Shown: positions 14,405 through 27,268, counted from the stretch's first letter. The stretch: 53,729 bases of DNA from Octopus sinensis (GCF_006345805.1 NW_021835179.1:1-53729); one strand, 5' to 3'. A program made the numbers and translations. Notes: a model not told the origin generated them from the sequence alone.

Positions 14405-14846
14405 TACTACCCACAAGGAGCTAAACACAGAGAGGACAAACAAGGACAGAAAAAACAGATCAAGTCGATTATATGGACCCCAGTGCGTAACTGGTACTTA
14501 TTTAATCGACCCCGAAAGGATGAAAGGCAAAGTCGACCTCGGCAGAATTTGAACTCAGAACGTAGCGGCAGACAAAATAACGCTAAGCATTTTGCCCGGC
14601 GTGGTAACGTTTCTATTTCTTTACTGCCCACAAGGGGCTAAACACAGAGAGGACAAACAAGGACAGAAAAAACGGATTAAGTCGATTATATCGACTCCAG
14701 TGCGCAATTGGTAGTTATTTAATCGACTCCGAAAGGATGAAAGGCAAAGTCGACCTCGGCAGAATTTGAACTCGGAACGTAGCAGCAAACGAAATAACGC
14801 TAAGCATTTTGCCCGGCGTGGTAACGTTTCTGCCAGCTCGCCGCCT
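14405..14846 (-). mobile_element. Tandem pair of family A SINEs
   Basis: Two ~215-bp near-identical head-to-tail copies starting at about 14405 and 14620. Confidence 0.85.
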
Positions 14847-15118
14847 TTCTAGAACTTCAACCTATTTGCTTTTCCATTACTCTTTGTCAGACATCGTGAA
14901 TGGCTGAATCAGAAGAGCGGTAGATAAAAAGAAATCATGCACTATTTTACTCACAACCATTTAAGCCACGTGTTCAAATCTCGCCATCGTCAGCTTTTAT
15001 CTGTAATTTAAAAAAAAAATTCTATTTGGTTTGACGTGATTGAAATTGAATTATATTTGGCTGAACTTGTTTACCTGTGCAGCAATCTGGAGGTAAAAGA
15101 AGAACAAAAAATACTTAC

Positions 15119-15197
15119 GAAGACTCGCATTTGCAATGCAGTTTCCTTACACAAATCAGAGCCATGATTTAAGTTGCTCATTGCAACTTTCTCTCCA
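15119..15197 (-). CDS. Candidate internal exon (xGEKVAMSNLNHGSDLCKETALQMRVF)
   Basis: CTAAC branch-like site, TATAG acceptor, GTAAGT donor. Only one frame is open (phase 2 in, phase 0 out), and it joins the 23376-23482 candidate in frame. Confidence 0.5.
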
Positions 15198-15487
15198 CTA
15201 TAACAGTTAGATAATAAAAAAAACGGCAAAGCCATAAATTTAAATAGTTTTTCTATTCAAAATGTTACTTTTAACATAAAATATATTCAGTTAAGAACAA
15301 AGAGTCTTTGAAAGAATTAGAAAATTATTACCTTTAGCTATAATTTAATTTACAGAAAAATAGATTTTATACTAAGTGCTTTTTAATTGGCTTAAATTAC
15401 TGAAAGTTAGATTGTCTTCCTCAGTTGAGGCTTAGATAGTCTTTTCAGCTTGTTTAATTGAAAGCATTAATTCAAAAATATTTACAG

Positions 15488-15766
15488 TTCGACAAAAGTA
15501 ACCGATAAATTAAGTACTAGGCTTGCAAAGAATAAATCTTAGGGTTGATTTCTTCGACTAAAACCCTTTAAGGCGGTGCTCCGGCATGGCCACAGTCAAA
15601 TGACTGAAACAAGTAAAAGAATAAAAGTGCTCTGCAAACTTAGTATAATGTCTCTGAAAGGATGAATGTCAAAGTCGACCTCGGTGGAATTTGAACTCAG
15701 AACGTAAAAATGGATATAATGCCGCTAAGTATTTTGTCTGGCACGCCAACAATTTCTGCCAGCTCC
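15488..15766. mobile_element. SINE fragments (family C 3' end on +, family A 5' end on -)
   Basis: Matches to the other in-window copies. Confidence 0.75.
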
Positions 15767-15769
15767 TGG

Positions 15770-16400
15770 CATAAAGAGTGCCGTAAGGCCCTCCTACTAT
15801 TCCGGCGCTCGGACAACGCCAGCGGTGGGGGTTCTACACGAATTTTATATAGTGGGTTAGTAGAATCTGATTGTGACGATGGCCTGGGGGCGACTCTTGG
15901 TCTCGAGTATATTCAACTGGACAGCCTGTTCCATCGTTCATTCGGGTTGAGAACGTTGGACAACTTCCAAAAGTCCTTGACCTGGCAATGTTACAGAGGT
16001 GCCTTGCGCGTTTGGGATAAGCTCGCAAGACATGAAATGTGGGTTTATGCTGAACACCTGTTGTCCGGCGAAGGAAGAGTACGGCTGTCGACTGAGTCAA
16101 TTATAAAAATTGACCCACCGGAAGTTTTAACAATCGTAGGTAAAAATTATTTTCTCACAGTTGTAGCAATAGAGAAAGAGGCAGTATGGAAGACTAGGAT
16201 AAAAGGGATTGAGACAGGCAACTCTATCTCCGGCCACGATTTACGATCATTTTATACTTTTCATTTGAAAAGGAAGGTATGGTTGGGGAAGAGGTGTCTG
16301 TCGGAGAGTATGTTCAAAAAGAGATGAAAGCATTTTGCACGAGTGTTGTGCGTACAAGGAACCGTGTGAATAGGCTATAAAAGAATAACAAAAAAGGCAC
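15770..16400 (+). pseudogene. L1/Tx1-like LINE ORF2 C-terminal fragment
   Basis: LDNFQKSLTWQCYRGALRVWDKL resembles the zf-RVT-adjacent region of Tx1/L1 ORF2. The cysteine knuckle appears deleted. Confidence 0.55.
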
Positions 16401-16556
16401 CAGCGATAGATCGGGGCTTGTGGGGTCGGAGCGTGGCCTGATCATCGCTACATTTGTGTTGTCTCTGTATTGTTAATTTCATTCGATTTTTAAAATATTT
16501 TATATAATTTTTATATTCATATTTTATGTAAAATCATAACGTATTACCGATCCCAA

Positions 16557-16776
16557 TCAGTTGTTTTGTTCATTTCTCTGTTTGGCCCCCATGTGGGCAA
16601 TAAAGAAATTGGTATTTCGTCTGTGTTTACGTTGTGGGTTCAAATTCTGCCGAGGTCGACTTTGCCTTTTATTCTTTCGGAGTCGATAAATTAAGTACCA
16701 CTTGTGTACTGGGGTCGATCTAAATGTTCGCCCCCCACCCAAATTTTCGGGTCTTGTGCCTAGAGTAGAAAAGAAT
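16557..16776 (+). mobile_element. SINE family A fragments
   Basis: GTTCAAATTCTGCCGAGGTCGACTTTGCC core. Confidence 0.8.
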
Positions 16777-16789
16777 ATTATTTGCAGCA

Positions 16790-18225
16790 GTTTTTATTGC
16801 TTCCTATAGTAAATCCTTGTTTGGATATTGTTTGCCATTAGAATATACATCTTTTTTTTAATAATTGACCACAAATTCTCTATTGGGTTTAGATCTGGAG
16901 ATTTTTTTTTGGGGGGGGATTCCATTATCTTGTGTTCTTTGAAACCTTTCTTAGCTAAATGGTTAATAGTGAGTTTGGCCGAGTATGAAGGGGCATTATC
17001 ATGCATAAATATGCTCTTTAACTTGAGACTTCGCGATGTTGTCTTGTACCAATGGAAGAAGTTGTCATCTAAACACAGTTAAGTACAAGGGTCACTGGTC
17101 TTGATTAACTTCTCTGTAAATTATGAACCGTTATATATTTATAGATGGATATGTACAGATGTATATGTATTGATATCTATATGTAAACATGTATATTATA
17201 TATAAGGGTTTGTAGAGTTAAAGATTGGAATAAACATCTAAGTGATAAAAATATCTACCTATGTTACCACTAGCCATACACATGGAAGTATATTATATTC
17301 ATAGGTTACAGGCAATGACAGAGATAAACAATAATTTTCAGCATTTATTTTCATCTCATCAGCAAACTTAAATGAACCTATACTGTCTACTCCAACTATA
17401 CCAGCCCAAAACATGATTCCGTCACCACCCTGCTGTCTTTTTAATCGTGTTGGTTGACTTTTTCCATGTTAACACCCAGCCTCTTGTCCATCCGTCAGGT
17501 CCATCTAATGTTGCTCTTCACTCGTCATTAAAAATTACATTTGTAAAGTTTCTTCATAAATTATCTTTTTGCACACGTCACTCTTTTTTTCTTTGTGTAC
17601 TTTATTTAAAGGAAGTAATTTTACGAAATTTTTGACTTTGCCTATTTTTTTTTAGTATTGTTCAACGTTTGTTTTCCTTAGTATGTTAGAGATTCCTGCT
17701 TCTTCAAAGATGTTTGCTGGTTAACCCACATTGCTTGCACATAATTCTTTTGAGTTTTCTCTTATCTCTATTTGTGATTTTCTTGAAGCACGTTGTCTTC
17801 CTTATTCTTACTCTCTCAATGTTTTGTACCTGTTTTTCTATTGTTTTGTGTTCTCTATTTAGCCTTTTAGAAAATACAATCGCTGTATCCTCTTCTCCCA
17901 GTAGTTTCTTTATTTATTCCTTTGATGTTCTATCTTTGCATCGACCAATTTCTGTATTTTTTGTATCTGAAATTAAGAAAAAACATTTCAAAGTCACATA
18001 TCACATAGCGAAAAGCAGGATTTTGTTAACTTGCATAATAGAAAGAAACACCCTATAAACGTGTTGTTTTTCATATCCACTTTAAAAGTACACCGATTTA
18101 GACGAAAAGTACACGAAACATGGGATACATAGTCCTACATATCTCGTAAAAATTTTAAGAAAATCAGACAAGGGATTTTAATTTTATTGAGTAATAATTG
18201 ACCTGCATAATAAAAAGAAACAGTG
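16790..18225 (-). mobile_element. Decayed Tc1-like transposon (DDE), 3' end lost
   Basis: FNDE*RATLDGPDGW, RQQGGDGIMFWAGI, MHDNAPSY and SPDLNPIENLW. Left end TA|CACTGTT at 18225. An unrelated insertion occupies about 17080-17335. Confidence 0.85.
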
Positions 18226-18270
18226 TATACGTACGTATGTTTGTTGAATATATGTTTTGTCGTATATATG

Positions 18271-19800
18271 CACCAAGAACCATGCTAATAGCTTAGGAAT
18301 GAAATTTAGGTTTCTCGGTTTTCTGGGAATCAGCTGGTTTGCACACTATGGCAACACCATTGTTATGTTTTCATTATTCAGTGTGACGTCCTTTTTTTTT
18401 ATTATTTCAGATTCTTCACTTTTTGGGTGAACCGTGCTAATAGCGTCTCTCATCTCTAACAACAATGGAACGTGGAAAGGGCCTTAACGATGAAGAAAAT
18501 CTGTCATCATCAAGGAAAGTGCTAAAGACACCTTTCTTCATGTCATTGCGAAGAAATTAAGTCGTCATGTGGACACGGTTAGACGATTCCTGAATGACCC
18601 TTCGCCAAGGAAGAAACGATCCGATTGTGGGACCTCCAAAACTGTAACAGCTAGGGATTTAAGGAATATTGGCCACAAGTTACTTGGGAAACCTGGACAA
18701 ACAAGCAAAGCCATTTTCATCGCCTCCGGACTTCCTAGAAGCTATTAGAAATCCTAGTAGCTCCGGAAAGCTACTAGAAATCGCATCTTCAGGACCATGG
18801 CTTACGTGTGAGAAACCCCTGAAACTGTCTCCTTTATAGCCCCGTCACAAGAGTTTGAAGCTTCAATGGGTCTGAAAGTACATGACATTAGACATGAGTT
18901 CTGTTCACTGACGAAACCAGGGCGACCCTTGACGGACACGGTGGTTGGGCAAATGGTTGGATCTATTTTGGAGATGGGCACCACCAACGTTTACTACGTC
19001 AACAACAGGGTGGAGGAGTCATGTCGTGGGCTGGTATCATTGGGGACAGACTTGCTAGCTCAGTCAGGGTGCCTGAAGAGGTTAAAGCCGCCTGCTGCAA
19101 TCTCCTGAAGGCGGTCTTGGATCCTTGGTTAGATGACATACCACTGCCACTTCTAAGGAATCTCGTATTCATGCATGACAACGCTCCCTCCAACACTCCT
19201 AAGACTACCCAAACATTACTAGGGTCTTACAAGGTGAATGGTTGATGGTGTGGTCGTCAGCATCTCCGGATCTCAACCCTATCGAAAATCTTTGGTTCAT
19301 CATTAAACAAGATGTTTATGCCGATGGACGCCAATTTATGTCGAAAGATGTTTTATGGGCGACCACTAAAGCTGCAGCAGAGGCAGTCCAACCTACTATT
19401 ATTAAGAAATTCACAAATTCCATACTAATAAGGATTTTGAAGTTTTCCGTCGAAATGTCGGTTATGTAGCTAAATAATTCATTATGTCAATAAATGTTAT
19501 AATATTATTATGGTTTTCTGTTAAATATATACTCAATGTATGCTTAGTATGTATCACTACCCTTCATTTTCTGAAAAAGAAATGTCTAGATGGGCTATTT
19601 TCATCCAAAATTATTTACATCGTTCACTCAAAAACTGAAGAATCTGAAATAAAAAAGAAAGGACTTTACACGGAATAATGAAAACATAACAATGGTGATG
19701 CCATCGTGCGCACACCAGCTGAGAGAGGTTTTATCAAAATTGATTTCCAGAAAACCGAGAAATCCTAATTTCATTCCTAAGCTATAGCGTGATTCTGGTG
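18271..19800 (+). mobile_element. Full-length but frameshifted Tc1-like transposon with ~160-180 bp TIRs
   Basis: TIRs at 18271-18432 and 19622-19800 (CACC..GGTG|TA). Motifs VLFTDETRATLDG, RQQGGGVMSWAGI, FMHDNAPS and SPDLNPIENLW. Confidence 0.92.
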
Positions 19801-19875
<75 letters not shown>

Positions 19876-20137
19876 AGCAATTAAGGACAACTACTTAATA
19901 AGGAAAACTTAACAAGAAATTGTCAGGTAGATAGCGTAAAAACCTCATAAGAGAAAAAATTTCGAAAATAATTATTTCTTATTGAACATATTAATTTATA
20001 TATAGAGGGCATTATACATACATGCCAGAAGGCATTATACATACATGCCAAACGCTAAGAGGGACAATCAGTCATTTCTACCAAAAATTACTAATCCCAC
20101 CGAATGCAATTTTCAAAGTAAGACATTTAAAAATATA

Positions 20138-20183
20138 GACCTGTATCACAGTGATTTCATACTTACGTAATCATCAGCAGGCC
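20138..20183 (-). ncRNA. Minimal type I hammerhead ribozyme
   Basis: ggcctg-CTGATGA-ttacgtaagtat-GAAA-tcactgtga-TA-caggtc: 6-bp stem I, intact core, palindromic stem III. Confidence 0.75.
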
Positions 20184-20612
20184 TGATGTATTATAAATAA
20201 ACAACGACCCTGATCCCGCTTAAGCCGATCAGCTAACTGATCACATCAACGAAGCACATGGGTGAGTTTACTATATTACATCCGGGTAAATGGCAAACTT
20301 TTACGAATTGCATTTCGGGAGAGGAAAAGTTTTTTCGGAATAAAAATTTAGCAATTAAGGACAACTACTTAATAAGGAAAACTTAACAAGAAATTGTCAG
20401 GTAGATAGCGTAAAAATCTCATAAGAGAAAAAATTTCGAAAATAATTATTTCTTATTGAACATATTAATTTATATATAGAGGGCATTATACATACATGCC
20501 AGAAGGCATTATACATACATGCCAAACGCTAAGAGGGACAATCAGTCATTTCTACCAAAAATATTACTAATCCCACCGAATGCAATTTTCAAAGTAAGAC
20601 ATTAAAAATATA

Positions 20613-20658
20613 GACCTGTATCACAGTGATTTCATACTTACGTAATCATCAGCAGGCC
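20613..20658 (-). ncRNA. Minimal type I hammerhead ribozyme (copy 2)
   Basis: Identical to 20138-20183, 475 bp away. Confidence 0.75.
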
Positions 20659-20785
20659 TGAATGTATTATAAATAAACAACGACCCTGCCCCGCTTAAGC
20701 CGATCAGCTAACTGATCAATCAACGAAGCACATGGGTGAGTTACATATATTACATCCGGGTAATATATTATATTAAATACATTCA

Positions 20786-20831
20786 GGCCTGCTGATGATT
20801 ACGTAAGTATGAAATCACTGTGATACAGGTC
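20786..20831 (+). ncRNA. Minimal type I hammerhead ribozyme (inverted copy 3)
   Basis: GGCCTG CTGATGA TTACGTAAGTAT GAAA TCACTGTGA TA CAGGTC read directly on the + strand. Confidence 0.75.
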
Positions 20832-20973
20832 TATATTTTTAAATGTCGTACTTTGAAAAATTGCATTCGTGGGATAGTAATATTTTTGGTAGAAATGACT
20901 GATTGTCCCTCTTAGCGTTTGGCATGTATGTATAATGCCTTCTGGCAGTATGTATAATGCCCTCTATATATAA

Positions 20974-21010
<37 letters not shown>

Positions 21011-21089
21011 TCTTTCTTGTTTGATTTGCATAATAGTGGTTTTGTCTCTAATTATTATAATATATGTATATATATATATATGTATATGT

Positions 21090-21131
<42 letters not shown>

Positions 21132-21426
21132 ATGTATATGTATATATGTATATATATATATATGATATATATATATATGTATATATATATGTATATATGT
21201 ATGTATATATATAATATGTATATATGTATATATATATAATATATTTATAGAAATAATAAATATTAGGGAATAAATCCAAATTTACAGGGAAAAATCAGAT
21301 TTAGGATTAAATCGAGTTTTATAGTAAAATATTATAAATATTATTCGAGACAAAACCACTATTTTGCAAAACAAACAAGGAAAGACTTAATAATACATAA
21401 AATTTTAATAAATAGTAAAAAAAACG

Positions 21427-21470
21427 CCACTACAATCGTTTTCTTGTCTTGATCGACAATCTTCAGGTGG
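21427..21470 (-). ncRNA. Type I hammerhead ribozyme (left arm, one extra A after GAAA)
   Basis: Reverse complement of 21531-21573. Confidence 0.6.
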
Positions 21471-21530
21471 ACTTCCAATAATTCAGTGTCAAATTATGAA
21501 GTCATAATTTGACACTGAATTATTGGAAGT

Positions 21531-21573
21531 CCACCTGAAGATTGTCGATCAAGACAAGAAACGATTGTAGTGG
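21531..21573 (+). ncRNA. Type I hammerhead ribozyme
   Basis: ccac-CTGAAGA-ttgtc-gatcaa-gacaa-GAAA-cgattg-TA-gtgg. All three helices pair. Confidence 0.8.
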
Positions 21574-21814
21574 CGGTTTTTTGATATTTATTAAAATTTT
21601 ATGTATTAATTAAGTCTTTCCTTGTTTGTTTTGCAAAATAGTGGTTTTGTCTCGAATAATATTTTATAATATTTTATATATATAGTTATAATATATGTAT
21701 ATATTGTATATATGTTTATATATGTATGTATATATATATATGTACATATGTATATTTATATATTATATATATATATTATATATATATTTATATATATATG
21801 TATATATGTATATT

Positions 21815-21858
<44 letters not shown>

Positions 21859-21859
21859 T

Positions 21860-21892
<33 letters not shown>

Positions 21893-21934
21893 ATATTATT
21901 TTATATATATATTTATATATATATGTATAATGTA

Positions 21935-21989
<55 letters not shown>

Positions 21990-21991
<2 letters not shown>

Positions 21992-22704
21992 CTGCGCAGC
22001 ACAGGCATAGTAAAACATAATGCTTGCACAGATACACAAACACAGATATGCACCTGCTCTCAAACATGCAGACACACAAACGCAGTTATTTGAGGATGGG
22101 TAGATGGGTAGGACGACATACGTCTACGGATATGAATGCGTACATAATACATGAGCGCCTTCACACAAACACGCCCTCACACATATTTATGTATGACTGT
22201 ATATACATTTAAACGGCCATTCACACCTACGCATATCCAGCCGGAAGACTCTAACGAGTTCGTCTGAACAACCAGTTCTATTTATTCCGGTACCTCTTGG
22301 GGATGTAGATGATCTCCAGTATTAAGGTTCTGCTGCATCAAACAAAGAAGATTAATGGTTATCGTAAATGTATGCATGTATGTATATGTATGTATGTGTA
22401 TGTATGTATGTATGTATGTATGTATGTATGTATGTATGTATGTATGTATGTATGTATGTATGTATGTATGTGTTTATGTGGTGTATGTATATCTATCTAT
22501 ATATATATATATATACATATAAATACATATGACATATAGATGATGATGATGACATGTATATTTATATTACATATACATACCATATCTATATACATAATTC
22601 ACACACACACATATATATTCCCTTGTATGACTAAATATATTCATTTATCTATCAGTCCCTCTGTCAGTATATATATATATGTATGTGTGTGGTGTGTGTG
22701 TGTG

Positions 22705-22775
<71 letters not shown>

Positions 22776-22945
22776 GTATATATATATATGTATATACATA
22801 CATACATACACACACAAACGTATTGTAAGTGTAAATGAAACTATACAGATGTACACACCAACACACTCATATATATGTACACACAGTTGTATATATAAAT
22901 ACATAATTGCATATCAAACTTATAATGATGAATGCATGTTCATAC

Positions 22946-22995
<50 letters not shown>

Positions 22996-24081
22996 TTATA
23001 TATCTATATATATATTTTATATAATATATATATATTATTATATATATATTTATATATATGTGATATATGTATATTTATATAATATATATATATAATAATA
23101 TATATATATATATATATATATAATAAACTACTGCGCCCGACAGGCCACATAGTAAAACATAATGCTTTGCCACAGATACACAAACACAGATATGCACCTG
23201 CTCTCAAACATGCAGACACCACAAACGCCAGTTATTTGAGGATGGGTGGTGGGTGGGTAGGACGACCTACGTCTACGGATATGAATGCGTACATAATACA
23301 TGAGCGCCTTCACACAAACACGCCCTCACACATATTTATGTATGACTGTATATACATTTAAACGGCCATTCACACCTACGCATATCCAGCCGGAAGACTC
23401 TAACGAGTTCGTCTGAACAACCAGTTCTATTTATTCCGGTACCTCTTGGGGATGTAGATGATCTCCAGTATTTAAGGTTCTGCTGCATCAAACAAAGAAG
23501 ATTAATGGTTATCGTAAATGTATGCATGTATGTATGTATGTATGTATGTATGTATGTATGTATGTATGTATGTATGTATGTATGTATGTATGTATGTATG
23601 TATGTATGTATGTATGTGTGTTTATGTGTGTGTATGTATATCTATCTATATATATATATATATACATATAAATACATATGCATATATGATGATGATGATG
23701 ACATGTATATTTATATACATATACATACATATCTATATACATAATTCACACACACAAATATATATTCCCTTGTATGACAAATATATTCATTATCTATCAG
23801 TCCCTCTGTCAGTATATATATATATGTATGTGTGTGTGGGTGTGTGTTGTGTATGTATAATATATAATATAATATATATATTATATATATATATATATAT
23901 GTATATAATATATATGTATATATATATATGTATATACATACATACATACACACACAAACGTATGTAAGTGTAAATGAAACTATACAGATGTACACACCAA
24001 CACATCATATATGTACACACAGTTGTATATAAATACATAATTGCATATCAAAAATTATACTGAATGCATGTTCATACTATT
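21990..24081. repeat. ~1.1-kb tandem duplication (21990-22950 and 23130-24081)
   Basis: The same unique segments occur in the same order and differ mostly by 1-3 nt indels. Confidence 0.9.
23376..23482 (-). CDS. Candidate exon (QNLKYWRSSTSPRGTGINRTGCSDELVRVFRLDMR)
   Basis: CTTCTTTGTTTGATGCAG(CAG) acceptor and AG|GTGTGA donor on a GC-richer island among microsatellites. The duplicate near 22226-22331 has a 1-nt deletion. Confidence 0.4.
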
Positions 24082-25129
24082 GTATATATAATATATAATA
24101 TATATATATATATATATGTGTATGTTTGTGTAGTGTGTGTATGTGTGTGTGTGTGAGTTTCTATTTGTGTGTGAAAGCATCTGTTGCTGAGTAAGTTTTC
24201 AACGATAGATAATACAAAATTCTTTTCAAAGAGTTAGGCATGATTTATAAATATTACCAAAATACAAACACATGCTTCTTAAGTTTCATGGACAGGCGAT
24301 CATTTTTACTTTATATCAATACAAACTCATTTAGCTCTGTTCCATAATGCACAGCAAATATGGCCACGCTGACAGAACTAAAATTGTGCTACTACTCGTT
24401 ATATTTATTACTCGAACCAAATATATTTATGATAAGTAGCAGATTGTAATAGTGTTGATAGCGATGACGATAGAGTAATACATAGAGGGGGTATAAAAAT
24501 TAAAAATTAAAATTTAAGTGGCAATAAAGATAGAACAAAAAATGAGAGGATAGACAGATACACAAATTTCTAGATAGAAAGATAGACTGCAGTTAAAAAC
24601 CAAGTTAAATAAAATAAATGTTATAACATATATATAAATATGAGTAGATAAATAGCTATAAATAAATATATAAATGATGATGATGAAGGCGATGATGAGG
24701 ATAGTGGTGGTGGTGATGGTAATAATGATAATGATGATGACGATGATTATAGTATAAGTTGGATGTGTGTCGTGCTGATAACGGCTATTGAGTCAAAAAC
24801 ACATAACAACCGCCCTTTTATCTCCAGACAAGCCTGTTCTTTTCCTCAATGAAATTTCAACATTTTAGAGTTCTTGATTCTTAAGATTATCTCCCCTTCT
24901 CAGATGGAGCTAGTTTTAATTGCTATTTGTTATTCAAGACGCAACCTCTGAAGGCGGAAATAATTTTAATAAATCAAGAATCTATGCTTTACGATACTTG
25001 ATATACCTGTATTTTATTTATGTTGTTCAAATACATGCCATTGGTCACTGTGAGTTGTTTCTCTGAGTCATTTTTGTATGTATGCATGTATGTATGTATG
25101 TATTATATGTATATATATATATATATATA

Positions 25130-25172
<43 letters not shown>

Positions 25173-25194
25173 GTATGTATCTATGTATCTCTCT

Positions 25195-25285
<91 letters not shown>

Positions 25286-25301
25286 GAATTTCCAAAAGAA
25301 A

Positions 25302-25655
25302 ACAAAAGACGAAGACGGGTGTGTAAACAACAAACAGATGTATTATATATATAAAATTTCCAGGATTCAGCAAAATCAGGTACTTAAATAGTAAAAGCTC
25401 CATGGTTAGGTCGGTGATAACGCTATCTTGTACAAACAATCTACAGCGACAGATATGTACTTACTAAAGTAAACACGGATTTGTTCTCCAGTTATGCATG
25501 CACTCACAAATGGCTAACTGAGAAGTCCTTATTGGTAATTCTTACCTGCAGTTACTCGATGAAAACGGTCTTTTTTTGCATGCTGTAACACTTCTGTTCA
25601 TCAATAAAATAGTCTGAAACAGCTGTAGTGGACCACAATCAGTCCTTTGTTATTG

Positions 25656-25697
<42 letters not shown>

Positions 25698-26037
25698 ACG
25701 AAGACGGGTGTGTAAACAACAAACAGATGTATTATATATATAAAATTTCCAGGATTCAGCAAAATCAGGTACTTAAATAGTAAAAGCTCGGTGATAACGC
25801 TATCTTGTACAAACAATCTACAGCGACAGATATGTACTTACTAAAGTAAACACGGATTTGTTCTCCAGTTATGCATGCACTCACAAATGGCTAACTGAGA
25901 AGTCCTTATTGTAATTCTTACCTGCAGTTACTCGATGAAAACGGTCTTTTTTTGCATGCTTGTAACACTTCTGTTCATCAATAAAATAGTCTGAAACAGC
26001 TGTAGTGGACCACAATCAGTCCTTGTGTATTGTTTAC

Positions 26038-26040
<3 letters not shown>
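25302..26040. repeat. ~390-bp tandem duplication
   Basis: ACAAAAGACGAAGACGGG starts at about 25302 and 25691. The copies differ by a 12-nt indel and several 1-nt indels. Confidence 0.9.
25922..25990 (-). CDS. Candidate 69-nt symmetric exon (xYFIDEQKCYKHAKKDRFHRVTA)
   Basis: TGTTTCAG acceptor, CAG|GTAAGA donor, phase 1-1. The duplicate at 25546-25613 is 68 nt (frameshifted). Confidence 0.45.
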
Positions 26041-26094
<54 letters not shown>

Positions 26095-26331
26095 CACACA
26101 CACATGTATGTATGTATGTATGTATGTATGTATGTATATATATATGTATCTATGTATCTCTCTCTCTTTACATATATATATATGTGTGTGTGTGTGTTCT
26201 TTTATTTTCAAAATATTAACAAAAGCACAACAAACAGGACATTTTACAAAAATGAAACAGATGGAAAATTCGTAGATAATTCCTCATCGGTCAACATCTA
26301 AAAGATCATTACAATTTTGCGGCCTTAATGT

Positions 26332-26369
<38 letters not shown>

Positions 26370-26504
26370 AACAAAAGACGAAGACAGGTGTGACGCTCGG
26401 GTAGATTGGAAAAGTGTTTGACATTTCGAGCCTACGCTCATTGATAGAAAAGAGTGAGAGGAAAAAAATAGAGAGAAAAATGTGTAGGGAGTAACGGTTC
26501 AACA

Positions 26505-26565
<61 letters not shown>

Positions 26566-27224
26566 CTATATATATATTATATATATATATAATATATATA
26601 TATATATAATAACGGGAAGCTTTATGAAAATAGACAAAAGACGAAGGCAGGTGCAAAACAAACGAACAATTGTATTAGTATGGCGCTCAGGAAATATAAA
26701 TAAAACAAGTCTTTAACGTTTCGAGCATGGTGCATTCTGTTAAGAATGTAATAGAGGCCAGTCTAAAGCTCGTCCACCTACAGATCTCACCCTCTGCCAT
26801 CCAGTAGTAATATTATACGTACTTTCAGGTTTGCGTTTGGGCATCTGTCGTGTGTGAATAGATAATTGAAAAAATTGGAGTTAACAAGAAGGGGTACGGT
26901 TGAACATCTATTTTTTAATCACCACAATTGTATCCATGCAACGTTGTTCTCCAGGGGTGCAGGTACTTTATTATGCAACTGTTTCCCTGCATTATGATAC
27001 CTAGTTGTGTTTCCTCAGGCGATATGTAAAAATTGTCTCCGTAAGTTCAAAATTCTCGGCTTCAAGAACGTGCTATCTGTCTGACTTGGTCCGAATTTAG
27101 TAGTAGTCAGTGAGCTTATCAATGTGTGTTGTTACTGAAGAGCCGTTGGCAAACTCCTTTGAATGTGTAGATGCAGTGGAATAGTGATTCTGCTACTATT
27201 AAAGTGGGTGCTGTTTTTTATATA

Positions 27225-27268
<44 letters not shown>

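Larger units (their letters stand above)
19872..20976. mobile_element. HHR-containing ~474-bp tandem repeat plus inverted partial copy (PLE pLTR/retrozyme-like)
   Basis: Unit 1 at 19872-20345, unit 2 at 20346-20762, inverted copy at about 20779-20976. (TA)n on both sides. Confidence 0.75.
21240..21680. mobile_element. Fold-back element (arms ~175 bp, centre ~21500) carrying an HHR in each arm
   Basis: About 21322-21497 is the reverse complement of about 21502-21676. Flanked by (TA)n. Confidence 0.8.

Noticed and set aside
15710-16327. 205-aa ORF as a host gene
   Set aside because: It starts within a SINE and continues into LINE ORF2-like sequence.
15119-25990. Naming the candidate gene (loose resemblance to an ephrin C-terminal strand or a class B GPCR N-terminal helix)
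   Set aside because: Only a few residues match and the diagnostic neighbouring motifs were not found.
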